Below, piece by piece: positions 49,022 through 58,499 of a stretch of 64,000 bases of DNA; position 1 is the first letter of the stretch, and every line of letters begins with the position of its first letter. The position numbers and the translations under genes are program-made. The DNA is from Thermoplasmata archaeon (GTDB taxonomy: Archaea > Thermoplasmatota > Thermoplasmata > Thermoplasmatales > ARK-15): contig JBAMMA010000006.1 of assembly GCA_039794005.1 (NCBI GenBank), forward strand, positions 1 through 64,000. Direction: 5' to 3'. Under the pieces are notes generated by a model. It was not told the DNA's origin. It saw only the letters and a list, made by a program, of their open reading frames with translations, and did no database searches.

Positions 49022-51547
49022 ATGGGAGGGGAATTAGACGTTAAAAATAATGCATATTATTTTAGCTTTCCCAACGTTCATGTAGACAAGGAAACGCACA
49101 AAGATTTGTCTTTGATATATTCCAACTATGTACATTCAACGCACAGATCATTTGGAATAGGCATTTTTGTAAATAATGGGAACGTAAATTTCTTTACATC
49201 TAACGATGACATATATTCATTGAAAACGATTTACAAGAATTTAGAGAGGGATCATATAATAGGTAAATTTGATATCAGGAATTTTAATCATAATTTTACA
49301 TCTGCATTTACGAAAAAGGATTTTATAAATCCGTATAATGAAAGGATAGATTTTTTTGAACACATAATATCTTACATTTCATGGTTCCACGATATATCTT
49401 TTCTGCTTTACATACTTCTCGAACCTTGGTATTATGAAAAAAATAGGAAGGTTTTCAAAATAAGGATTAAACTTTCACTTGATGATAAAAATTATTCGGA
49501 TAGATTGATATCAATAATAGAATCCTACTGGGGAAATGCTAACAATAGATTGAAAATGGTTCCTGAAAATAGGATTAACATATTTTACAAAAAGTATGCA
49601 TATTTGGATAACAAATTCTTTCATACAATAATTCCTTATCCAGGGGAGCACATATTAAAAATTAAAAAGAAAAATATCGAAAATGATATAAAGATAAGAA
49701 TACCGATTGGAAATGATTCTGTATCATCAGAGGAGATTAATTTATTGTTAAATGAATATGATGGTTCTACAACATTTATAATAGGACAAACAGGTTCTGG
49801 TAAAAGTACTCTTTTATTAAACATTTTTTCAAGAATTAAAGAATTGGATTATCCAATAATAGTTCTAGATCCGACGGGAGATTTGGCCAGAAAGATGATT
49901 AATATAACTGACGATAAAAGAACAATATACATTTCTCCCATTGAAGTTCCTGTTTCAATGAATTTGATGAAGAGTGCACATGAAAATATAAAATATAGTG
50001 CTCCCAAAATTGCTGAAGATTTAATAATGATGTTAAAAGATGTTACAGAGAGCGAATCAAAAATACCCGGAGGCCTTGTTGGGACAAAAATTGAAGATAT
50101 AATAAGAAATTCCGTTGCCGGTTTGGCAGAACTGCCAAATACAACAATTCTTGACATTTATGATATTATTTCAAATGAGGAAAAGAGGAAAATGTTTCAT
50201 TCGATTTCAAAAAACGAGGAGTTTAAAAATTTCCTTGAAAGAATTGAAGATATGGATGATGAAGACATTGGAAGCACCAGGAGGGTATTATCATTCATAA
50301 AAACGAATCCAATTTTAAAAGAAATGTTATGTTCACGATCACCACTCTTTGACTTCGAGGAAATATTTGAAAAAAATATGATTGTGATCATAGACGGAGA
50401 TAGATCTAACATAGGTGAAAATGTATCTAAATTCATATTATCTTCAATGTTGACAATGATATGGATAAATGTGCAGAGGAAAAATAAAAAGGCATTTTTA
50501 ATATTGGATGAAATACAGGACTATTCAAATTCATCGCTGAATGAAATGGTATCAATGGGAAGGAAAAATAATGTTGAAATACTGATGGCAACAACACATC
50601 TGTCATCTTTAAAACCCGGCATCATAGATTCTCTTATGGCAAATGCAAAAAATTTCGTTATATTTAAGAGCTCACCTTCAGACGCGAGGGATTTTTCAGA
50701 AAAGATAGGAATTGACAAAAACGTTTTAATTAATCTGGATATTGGAAAGGCATACTTCCATTCATCTTATTATTCGGGAATAATAAACACACATAATATC
50801 AAATTTATTGAAAAGGATTACAGAAATATAATTTCTTATTCAAAAATGTATGTTCATAACATTCCAAAGAAAAATAAATCCATTATTTATGACACAATAT
50901 TTTTGAAATCCATGAACGTTGAGCCTTCGATTGAAGAAATAAAGAACATCAGGATATATTCAAAAACCGGTGATCAGGATAGCATAGAAGAAGAAATAAA
51001 AAATCTATTGGATAATGGTGAAATTGAGATCAAGAACAGCGTTATATCATTGAAAAACAACATAGTTTTGGATAAAAGGATAGAAAAATTGATTTCCCTT
51101 GGTTTGCTAATTAGGGAAAATGGAGAACACAAATACCTTTGTTTCCCCTATTCGGGTTTTGGATCATTGAACTTTTTTGAAAAGGTAAATGTGGAATTTT
51201 TGGAAAATGAAATAATATTAAACGATAAAATATATTCCCTGGAAGAATTCTTGCAGATAAAGAATGATGATAAATTGCTGAAATTAATTGAAAACATGTT
51301 TGGATCTTTAGATGGGAAAAATATTATAATTACATCATCAAGAAAAATTTCAGAATGTTTTAGAAAATTATATCCGGATGAATCAAAATATTATATGAAT
51401 ACATTGGAAAGAGCTATTAAAAATGAATTGTTGAGGAATAAAAAAGCTGAATTGATAAAAACAAAAATAGGAAAAATATCCATGAGGGTTTTAAAACTAA
51501 ATATTTCCAAAATGCCAGATTGCGATATATACATTGATAATTCATAG
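49022..51547 (+). CDS. HerA/FtsK-superfamily (VirD4/TraD-like) ATPase with N- and C-terminal extensions
   Basis: Walker A IIGQTGSGKST, VLDPTGD, Walker B LILDEIQ and an arginine finger GRK. No obvious TM helices. Confidence 0.85.
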   Translation: MGGELDVKNNAYYFSFPNVHVDKETHKDLSLIYSNYVHSTHRSFGIGIFVNNGNVNFFTSNDDIYSLKTIYKNLERDHIIGKFDIRNFNHNFTSAFTKKDFINPYNERIDFFEHIISYISWFHDISFLLYILLEPWYYEKNRKVFKIRIKLSLDDKNYSDRLISIIESYWGNANNRLKMVPENRINIFYKKYAYLDNKFFHTIIPYPGEHILKIKKKNIENDIKIRIPIGNDSVSSEEINLLLNEYDGSTTFIIGQTGSGKSTLLLNIFSRIKELDYPIIVLDPTGDLARKMINITDDKRTIYISPIEVPVSMNLMKSAHENIKYSAPKIAEDLIMMLKDVTESESKIPGGLVGTKIEDIIRNSVAGLAELPNTTILDIYDIISNEEKRKMFHSISKNEEFKNFLERIEDMDDEDIGSTRRVLSFIKTNPILKEMLCSRSPLFDFEEIFEKNMIVIIDGDRSNIGENVSKFILSSMLTMIWINVQRKNKKAFLILDEIQDYSNSSLNEMVSMGRKNNVEILMATTHLSSLKPGIIDSLMANAKNFVIFKSSPSDARDFSEKIGIDKNVLINLDIGKAYFHSSYYSGIINTHNIKFIEKDYRNIISYSKMYVHNIPKKNKSIIYDTIFLKSMNVEPSIEEIKNIRIYSKTGDQDSIEEEIKNLLDNGEIEIKNSVISLKNNIVLDKRIEKLISLGLLIRENGEHKYLCFPYSGFGSLNFFEKVNVEFLENEIILNDKIYSLEEFLQIKNDDKLLKLIENMFGSLDGKNIIITSSRKISECFRKLYPDESKYYMNTLERAIKNELLRNKKAELIKTKIGKISMRVLKLNISKMPDCDIYIDNS

Positions 51548-53119
51548 AAAATCGAAAAGTGTACTCTGTCCTTTAATATTTTTTCTATTCAATTTATTAT
51601 CACTTTTGCTCATGTTTTTCAACTTTGATTTCATCTTTTTTTCTTTCATCAATGAGGCATAATACATGTTTTCGTCCATTGTATCCTCGTATATTAAAAA
51701 CACAACCCTCCCCGGCCTTGCCCTTCCGGTTCTACCTCTCCTCTGTATATTTCTTATTTCTGAACCTACGGCCTCATGGAATATTACGAGGTCTGTTTCG
51801 GGGATATCTAAGCCTTCTTCTCCGATCTGAGTGCTTATTAATACGTTTATTTCACCGTTTTTAAACATTTCAAGTATTTTTATCTGTTCTTTTTGAGACA
51901 TGCCCTTGTCTGAACCCTTTGAGCTCTGACCCAAAAACCTTGATGGCTTAACTCCGGGTAATGTTGATAAATAATTATAAAGATCCATGTTTATGTTTCT
52001 ATAATTTGTAAAGACAATTATCCTGGATTTTGGATTTCTCTTTAACTGATCCAATATAATATCTCCTATCACCTTTATCTTAGGTGATATTGATGACTTT
52101 TCAACCAAATACTTTGCTCCAATTATCAGATCTACAAATTCTTTCATTTTGGATAATTTCATATCACCCTTGTTTTTCTTCTCAATTCCATTTTTATATA
52201 TTTCTTCGAGGTATTCTAGAGATGTTTTTGGGTCCTGGGTTTCAAGGTATTCGATTGCAACCAACATCTTCATTATTATTCCTATATAAGATAACAATGG
52301 ATAAAATGATTTATTACCATTCTGTATTTCATTCCATATGCTTTTTTGCAATTCAACAACTTGACCCTTTGTCAATTTCTTTGGTATATTTATGTCTGGA
52401 TACTTTTCTTCAATCTCATTTATTACCTTCGATATTATTTCCCTCAACTTTTCCCTCATGGGTTCAAATTCTGAGGGAAATTCCAATTTTATAACTTCTA
52501 TCTTTACACCGTGTATGTATGGGGTAACATCTTCATCGGATTCTGTTCTTATTTCAACATTTTCAATATGAAGATTTTGCATGATCTCCTTCAGTCTTTC
52601 CTCATCTGATCCTGGAGATGCCGTCAAGCCTATTATCAACGCATTTTTACATTTTTCTGTAACATATGTATAAGCATACTTTCCAACAGACCTATGAGCT
52701 TCATCGACTATGAGCAGTTTTATTTCATCCGGATTGAAAATATTTGATGAAATGTCATTTTCAATAACTTGTGGTGTGCTAACAATGATGTCGTTATTTT
52801 CATAAAGTTCTTTTCTCTGTTCTTTTTTAATGGTTCCCGTTATACTAACGATCTTTTGATTTTTCAGATATTTTTTAAGCCTTTCTGCATGCTGGTTTAC
52901 CAAAGGCCTAGTAGGGGCAAGCAGTAATATTTTAGGGCCTCTTTTGTTTAAAAGTTCAGCCATGATGAGAATCGCAATTTCTGTTTTTCCTGCACCCGTT
53001 GGCAAAACTATTAATGAATTTTTTCCCTTATTTAATACACTTTTTGCAATTGATTCCTGGTATTTTCTTCTCTCCAATGTATTTTCTTTTATTTCTGGAT
53101 GATTTACGTATTCAGGCAT
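51542..53119 (-). CDS. hef: Hef/FANCM-like SF2 helicase (helicase-only, no ERCC4 nuclease domain)
   Basis: YQ, LPTGAGKT, PTRPLVNQH, DEAH, TASPG, EEGLDIP and QRRGRTGR. Ends with a PIP-box-like QSTLFDF. Confidence 0.92.
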   Translation of the reverse strand: MPEYVNHPEIKENTLERRKYQESIAKSVLNKGKNSLIVLPTGAGKTEIAILIMAELLNKRGPKILLLAPTRPLVNQHAERLKKYLKNQKIVSITGTIKKEQRKELYENNDIIVSTPQVIENDISSNIFNPDEIKLLIVDEAHRSVGKYAYTYVTEKCKNALIIGLTASPGSDEERLKEIMQNLHIENVEIRTESDEDVTPYIHGVKIEVIKLEFPSEFEPMREKLREIISKVINEIEEKYPDINIPKKLTKGQVVELQKSIWNEIQNGNKSFYPLLSYIGIIMKMLVAIEYLETQDPKTSLEYLEEIYKNGIEKKNKGDMKLSKMKEFVDLIIGAKYLVEKSSISPKIKVIGDIILDQLKRNPKSRIIVFTNYRNINMDLYNYLSTLPGVKPSRFLGQSSKGSDKGMSQKEQIKILEMFKNGEINVLISTQIGEEGLDIPETDLVIFHEAVGSEIRNIQRRGRTGRARPGRVVFLIYEDTMDENMYYASLMKEKKMKSKLKNMSKSDNKLNRKNIKGQSTLFDFL

Positions 53120-53735
53120 GCCAGAAGGTCACCAACCATCCAGATATTCCATTTAATATGTATTGAACTGCAAAAGCTGCAACCAAAAGTCCTAAAATTC
53201 TTGTAAACGCCCTGGAACCCTTGAGACCTATTAATTTAAACACTTTATCGGCATATAAGAAGAATAGATAGACTGTCAAAAATACCAATGCCATTGAAAC
53301 TAATACTAGAATATAATTATATGATTTCATCAATATTATTATTAAAGAGATTGCACCTGGACCCGCAAGCATTGGTGTAGCCAATGGGACAATACCAACA
53401 TCTCCGGATTCCTGGAACGATTCTTCACCTTTCTTTGATATTCTTGGTTTGTCCCCCTCTCTTACCATTTCTATACCTATCAATAGAATTAATATTCCTC
53501 CGGCAATTTCCAATGCCTCTATTGAGATACCAAATAGAGATAGTATATAATCTCCTGCAAATGCGAAAAATAATAAAATTAAAAAGCCGTATACTGTACT
53601 TTCATACCTTGTTTTTTTCTTTTCATTTTCATCCATATTGCTTGTTAAAGAAATATATAATGCTAAGGATGCAAAGGGATCTATCATAACAAACAATGGA
53701 ATAAAAACGTCCAAAAACTGATAAATTGTAAACAT
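53112..53735 (-). CDS. MarC-family membrane protein
   Basis: Motifs IDPF, FGIS..AL.IAGG, VPLATPMLAGPGAI and RILGL. Confidence 0.92.
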   Translation of the reverse strand: MFTIYQFLDVFIPLFVMIDPFASLALYISLTSNMDENEKKKTRYESTVYGFLILLFFAFAGDYILSLFGISIEALEIAGGILILLIGIEMVREGDKPRISKKGEESFQESGDVGIVPLATPMLAGPGAISLIIILMKSYNYILVLVSMALVFLTVYLFFLYADKVFKLIGLKGSRAFTRILGLLVAAFAVQYILNGISGWLVTFWHA

Positions 53736-53736
53736 A

Positions 53737-53934
53737 TTATTTAACCCATGTAGCCCTTTCTATATCCCTTTCTTTTTTTGTTTTTTTCTTGTATTGCTTA
53801 TAATGTTCTTTGCATAGATGTATATGAGAGGAATTTGTTTTAAGACTAAACATATTTTCTACCTTTTCCCTTGGCAATGACTTTACAGCCTGTTCACTGC
53901 ATCCTGAGACATCACATATCGTATTTTCTCTCAT
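53737..53934 (-). CDS. Small Zn-finger protein (CxxxxC...HLCxxH)
   Basis: CDVSGC...HLCKEHYK with a basic C-terminus. Co-oriented with marC and hef. Confidence 0.75.
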   Translation of the reverse strand: MRENTICDVSGCSEQAVKSLPREKVENMFSLKTNSSHIHLCKEHYKQYKKKTKKERDIERATWVK

Positions 53935-53981
53935 GTTTGATAATAGAAACCATTGAATATAAAATTTTTATTATAAGTATT

Positions 53982-54386
53982 ACGAATGAAAAGATAGGCT
54001 TTTTCTCTAGATACAGGTGGGGTCCAGGAAGTATTATAACGATAATATTATGGATTTCTTTATCAATAATATTTTTTATTTTATATTTAAATTATAAATA
54101 TAAATCTTATTTATTTTTATCCATTTTATCTATGATAGCCACGTTTATAATATTAATAGTAAAGGGTTCTGAGAATATAACGATAGATGAAAATAATGAT
54201 GATGATATAATTGACAAGGATGGCTTTGTTTTGATGGATATTGACATTAATAAACCCGGGGTAGTTAAAATAGAAAATCAGATCTGGTCTGCAAAAAGCG
54301 ACGAATATATAAAAAAAGGGGAAAGGGTAATTGTAGTTAGAAGAGAAGGACTCTATTTAATTGTCAAAAAAATAAATTTTAAATAA
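53982..54386 (+). CDS. NfeD-like membrane protein (OB-fold C-terminus); start codon uncertain
   Basis: Two TM helices followed by G.VKIENQIWSA.S...IKKGERV.VV.REGL.L.V. Confidence 0.75.
   Translation, partial: TNEKIGFFSRYRWGPGSIITIILWISLSIIFFILYLNYKYKSYLFLSILSMIATFIILIVKGSENITIDENNDDDIIDKDGFVLMDIDINKPGVVKIENQIWSAKSDEYIKKGERVIVVRREGLYLIVKKINFK
54378..54385 (+). promoter_or_regulatory. Putative TATA box for RNase P RNA
   Basis: TTTAAATA, preceded by an A-rich BRE-like run, ending about 22 nt before the start of P1. Confidence 0.5.
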
Positions 54387-54406
54387 CAAAAATTTTTAGT
54401 TTAATA

Positions 54407-54709
54407 TGCGAAGAGCCCGAGGGCAACTGACGCTGGTATCTATGTGATACCGGTGAGGAAAGTCCCCCCTCCTGAGACACCGGTCACACCGCAAGGTGTG
54501 GTCTCGAGAGAGACGGCAATGGCACAGAAACGACACAGCCATGGTAAAGGATGATTTCATGCGAAGGACGTTTCCATGGATTTGTTGAAACGGCCAACCA
54601 CCGGGGAGCAAGCCCAAGCAAACGCGATGACAGGTCTCTCGAGCGTTGGGTGGGGCGCATAGTCGAATGTTGCCTGAAACAGAAGGGGGCTTACTACGGG
54701 CACTTCGCA
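54407..54709 (+). ncRNA. rnpB: RNase P RNA (archaeal)
   Basis: Conserved regions GAGGAAAGTCC, ACAGAAA, TGAAAC and AACAGAAGGGGGCTTAC. P1 helix TGCGAAGAGCCCG / CGGGCACTTCGCA. Confidence 0.96.
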
Positions 54710-57700
54710 CTAAATTTCATAATACCTGTATGAAAACGCCTTTTTAACGCTATTTGATATTTCATCGAATATTTCTTTTAATGTTTCAATATAATCCCTC
54801 TTTCCACTTTCAATTTCATCAATTTCTTCGTACAACTTCGCTGTTCTGTTTTCACTTACAAGATGCGGATAATTGTTTATTAGATATCCATAACCTTCTT
54901 CTCCCAGGGTTGTTGAATATAGATATTTAGACTTATCTTTTATAACATATTTCCTCGTCTCCAGGTTTGTGATTATCATTGAATATGTGCTTGGTCTTCC
55001 CAATTTCTTGTTTTTCATATCCCTTACCAGTTCACCTTCCGTATAAGGATTTACTTCCGATATGTATATGTTCCACTTGGGCTGTAAAATACATTCCTTC
55101 ATGCACATCCTTTTTACACTTTCACCCATTGATTCTTTTATGACTGAGGGTGTGTAAACAAACTTCTTTAAAATGTTCATATCTATATCATCAAGTTTAA
55201 CAGAAACAATTCTCTTTTCCATGTTCTTTATTTCTATGATTTTGCCGTTCAATTCACCCTCCAATATTATATTCTCCTCCTCATATTTCACATTGTCAAT
55301 CTGTGATGTTATAAATCTTTTGAATATCATATTGTATAATAATAAATGGTCCTTTGTCAATCTGCCTTCAAATGATATTTCACCAGATTCTATTGAATCT
55401 ATGAGCATTTCGAGGTCTAGGGGTTTTGTTGGCCTGATGCATTCATGCGTACCGGATTCTCCCCAACTCCTTGGTTTGAAAAATTCAATATCATCTTTTC
55501 CAAATATCTGTTTAAAATACGATTTTGCAATCGATATGCCGTGCCGTGATACGTGGGTGGAATCGGTTCTATGGTATGTTATTAAACCTAGCTCAAAGAG
55601 ATCCTGGGCCAGGTTCATGGTCTTTCCAACATCGAATTTTAATATATATGAGGCATCGGTTAAAAGCGTATCGGTGGTATAAGGAGGCAATATTGCCATA
55701 TCATTTATTTTATATTCTATGGACTTTAGCCTTGCTTTTATTGGCTCCGTAACCTGAGAATCAATTATAAACGATAATTTTTCTATACCTTCTATCTTCA
55801 GTATTGTTGAAAGTCTTCTCATTTTATAATATTCTTTTGTCCTTTCTACAATCCATCCCAAGACCGGTGTTTGAACCCTTCCTGCGCTCAAATTCTTGTT
55901 TATTTTACAGTTTACCTTATCGCTTAGACCCACCTTCTTGCAATAGAATCTCCAAAATACAGTCTGCATTTTCCTTGATAAAACAAACCCAACCCACCTG
56001 TCTTCAATCCTCCTTACTAGCTGGGCTTTGATCATATTCAAATCCATTTCCCTTGGGCTATTTATCGCCTTTAGTATGGCCTCTTTTGTCACCTCATGGA
56101 ATTCCACCCTCTTTATGTTTCTGTTCATAGGCCTGATATTTAAAAATATGTCCCATGCAATCTTTTCGCCTTCAATATCCGGATCTGTACCTATAAAAAC
56201 CTCATCCACTTCAAATGCAAGCTTTCTTATATCTTCAATTGTATTAATTTTATCCATTACTATTTCTTCACCGCATTTTGGACACCTGTTTCTAATGGAA
56301 TCTGTTACCTGATGGCCATTCTTACACCTCTTGATGGAATTGTAATATGGAATAAAATTGATTTCACCATCTTTTTCAACCTTTTCAATTCCATAGAATC
56401 CCAATGGTCTGGTTGTAAGATCAAAAAGATGGCCCTGTGATGCAACGATCATCATTGTCATTTTACCAAGGAATGTTTCGTAAATCCTTATTCCGTTCAT
56501 GTCAAAAAATCCAGGTTTTCCAAAAAATGATGATATTGTCCTTGCTTTAGTAGGAGATTCGACAACCATTAAAACATGTTTCATTTCCGATAATGATGAT
56601 ATTACATTTTTTTCAATGCCATCATTCATTATATCCCTATCTTTTTCAACCTCCCTTATGTTTAATTCCAAATTTTCAATTCTCTCTTTTTCAAAATCTT
56701 TGAATTCTATATCGGGAATTGAAATTTTCAATTTATTCTCAAACTTTGAAAAGAGGGCATCGTTTTCATATAACACTATAGATATCCCCTTTGTAAGTTG
56801 TCCTCTGAACAATCTTGAAGTTCTACCAGATGCATGAATATATGTTGTATGTGACGGTACCATGACCCAGCCATTCATAATAACAAAGTTTGTCTGCTTA
56901 TTCATATAATCTGTAAATTCGGGATCGTTTAGATATCTTTCAACGATCTCATATGCCTTTTTGATATCTTCATCAACATTTTGTTCCTCAATCTTTTTCT
57001 GTAAAACAATCAATGCCCCTTGGCTCATGTTTTTTAACATCTTTTTCATCTTTTTTGATAATGAAGAAATCTCGGGATCATTGCTTTTTCTGGCAATTAA
57101 ATTTAATATTCTTACCATCTGCTGGAATGGTAGTATTTCACCTATCTTTATTGCAAATTTCGGAATACCATAAAAAATGGAATACTTAATTCTCCATGGT
57201 ATATCTATACCTCTTACCAAAAGACCATTATGACTCGACACTCCGACGAGAACATTCACTTTACCATTGATAAAATCTTCAATACCCTTAGAATTTTTGG
57301 AAGTAATGGCCAAAGATTTTATTCCATTTTTATTTAAATATTTTGATATTTCTTCAGCCTTTTCAATTCCATATTCCGGAGATACAAATATTATTATTCC
57401 ATCCTTAAACATTTTAACCATATTTAATATTTTGTTCATGCCATCTTCCAGTTTAGCCTTATAATCTATGATATTTCTCAAAAATATTGAAACGCTACCG
57501 GGCCTGAAGCCTAAAACGGATGTGATCAATTTATTACCACCTGTCATTGTTGCGGATGAAAATATTATAATTTTATCCTTCAACTTTTTATTTTTAATTT
57601 CCTGCAGCTTTCTATACCTCTCAACATCATCTTGTTCCTTCAATATTTCCTGTATCCTTGAAATATCGTTTTCATCAAATCCTATTACCTTCAATATGGA

Positions 57701-58378
57701 ATATACACCCTTTTTTGTTTTTATCGCTGAATCAATATCATCAACAAAGATTAAATTGTATTCCAAAGAAGTTATTTTTTCAGCATTGTTCATTATATAT
57801 CTTCCTGTAAAAACGGCAATATCAAAGTTTCCGGAATAAAAATTGTTCTCATTTTCTATTCTTTCAGCTTTTTTCATTCCTGAATGAACGGAGACTATTT
57901 TTGGATTTAAGCCCAATTTTTCAGCATATTCTTTTAAAATTTTTAATGATTGATCTAGCAATGTTCTTGTTTGAAATATCAGTATAGATTTTTTACCTTT
58001 TGTAAAATAGTATAAAGAGGATATCAATCCAAAGGTAGTTTTACCAAAACCTGTAGGTGCTACAATTCCAAAACTTTGACCTCTAGATAATCTGGATATC
58101 CAGGACCTTTGAATTCCTGAAGGAGAAAAACCTATTGAACCTTTAAACAGCTTTTCAAAATCTTTCAACATATTGATTGTATTTTCCATCCATTGCAAAT
58201 TTTTCAGCTTACCTAAAAATTTCAAATTTTCAACCAATTCAATTGGACTACTGAATTCTTTATGACCTGATAGACACTCCTCACAAACAGAGCCATAAAA
58301 TAGCCTTCGTGCATTAATATTTTTACCACAATTCGGACATGTATTAATAAACGTTGATTCTGGTATATAAGAATTCAT
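54710..58378 (-). CDS. rgy: Reverse gyrase
   Basis: N-terminal CPNC...CEEC zinc finger, helicase-like APTGFGKT/DDID/SAT, TOPRIM VESPTKA and DPDIEGE, SAGRVQ and catalytic ITYHRTDS. Confidence 0.97.
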   Translation of the reverse strand: MNSYIPESTFINTCPNCGKNINARRLFYGSVCEECLSGHKEFSSPIELVENLKFLGKLKNLQWMENTINMLKDFEKLFKGSIGFSPSGIQRSWISRLSRGQSFGIVAPTGFGKTTFGLISSLYYFTKGKKSILIFQTRTLLDQSLKILKEYAEKLGLNPKIVSVHSGMKKAERIENENNFYSGNFDIAVFTGRYIMNNAEKITSLEYNLIFVDDIDSAIKTKKGVYSILKVIGFDENDISRIQEILKEQDDVERYRKLQEIKNKKLKDKIIIFSSATMTGGNKLITSVLGFRPGSVSIFLRNIIDYKAKLEDGMNKILNMVKMFKDGIIIFVSPEYGIEKAEEISKYLNKNGIKSLAITSKNSKGIEDFINGKVNVLVGVSSHNGLLVRGIDIPWRIKYSIFYGIPKFAIKIGEILPFQQMVRILNLIARKSNDPEISSLSKKMKKMLKNMSQGALIVLQKKIEEQNVDEDIKKAYEIVERYLNDPEFTDYMNKQTNFVIMNGWVMVPSHTTYIHASGRTSRLFRGQLTKGISIVLYENDALFSKFENKLKISIPDIEFKDFEKERIENLELNIREVEKDRDIMNDGIEKNVISSLSEMKHVLMVVESPTKARTISSFFGKPGFFDMNGIRIYETFLGKMTMMIVASQGHLFDLTTRPLGFYGIEKVEKDGEINFIPYYNSIKRCKNGHQVTDSIRNRCPKCGEEIVMDKINTIEDIRKLAFEVDEVFIGTDPDIEGEKIAWDIFLNIRPMNRNIKRVEFHEVTKEAILKAINSPREMDLNMIKAQLVRRIEDRWVGFVLSRKMQTVFWRFYCKKVGLSDKVNCKINKNLSAGRVQTPVLGWIVERTKEYYKMRRLSTILKIEGIEKLSFIIDSQVTEPIKARLKSIEYKINDMAILPPYTTDTLLTDASYILKFDVGKTMNLAQDLFELGLITYHRTDSTHVSRHGISIAKSYFKQIFGKDDIEFFKPRSWGESGTHECIRPTKPLDLEMLIDSIESGEISFEGRLTKDHLLLYNMIFKRFITSQIDNVKYEEENIILEGELNGKIIEIKNMEKRIVSVKLDDIDMNILKKFVYTPSVIKESMGESVKRMCMKECILQPKWNIYISEVNPYTEGELVRDMKNKKLGRPSTYSMIITNLETRKYVIKDKSKYLYSTTLGEEGYGYLINNYPHLVSENRTAKLYEEIDEIESGKRDYIETLKEIFDEISNSVKKAFSYRYYEI

Positions 58379-58499
58379 GATTTATTTATTAAAATATACA
58401 TTTAAAAAATATTCCATAATATTTTATATTTATTTGTTTAAATATTTTACATAAAAATATAAAAAATTTTTTTAAACAATATTTTGGATATTTTTATCC

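Noticed and set aside
48686-53119. Calling the ATPase plus Hef a HerA-NurA repair operon, a Ced system or a known defence system
   Set aside because: No NurA, Mre11, Rad50, CedA-like membrane protein or Sir2/nuclease partner is adjacent, and Hef is convergent rather than co-transcribed.
54396-54733. ORFs of 104 aa (-) and 60 aa (+)
   Set aside because: They overlap the RNase P RNA and have atypical composition.
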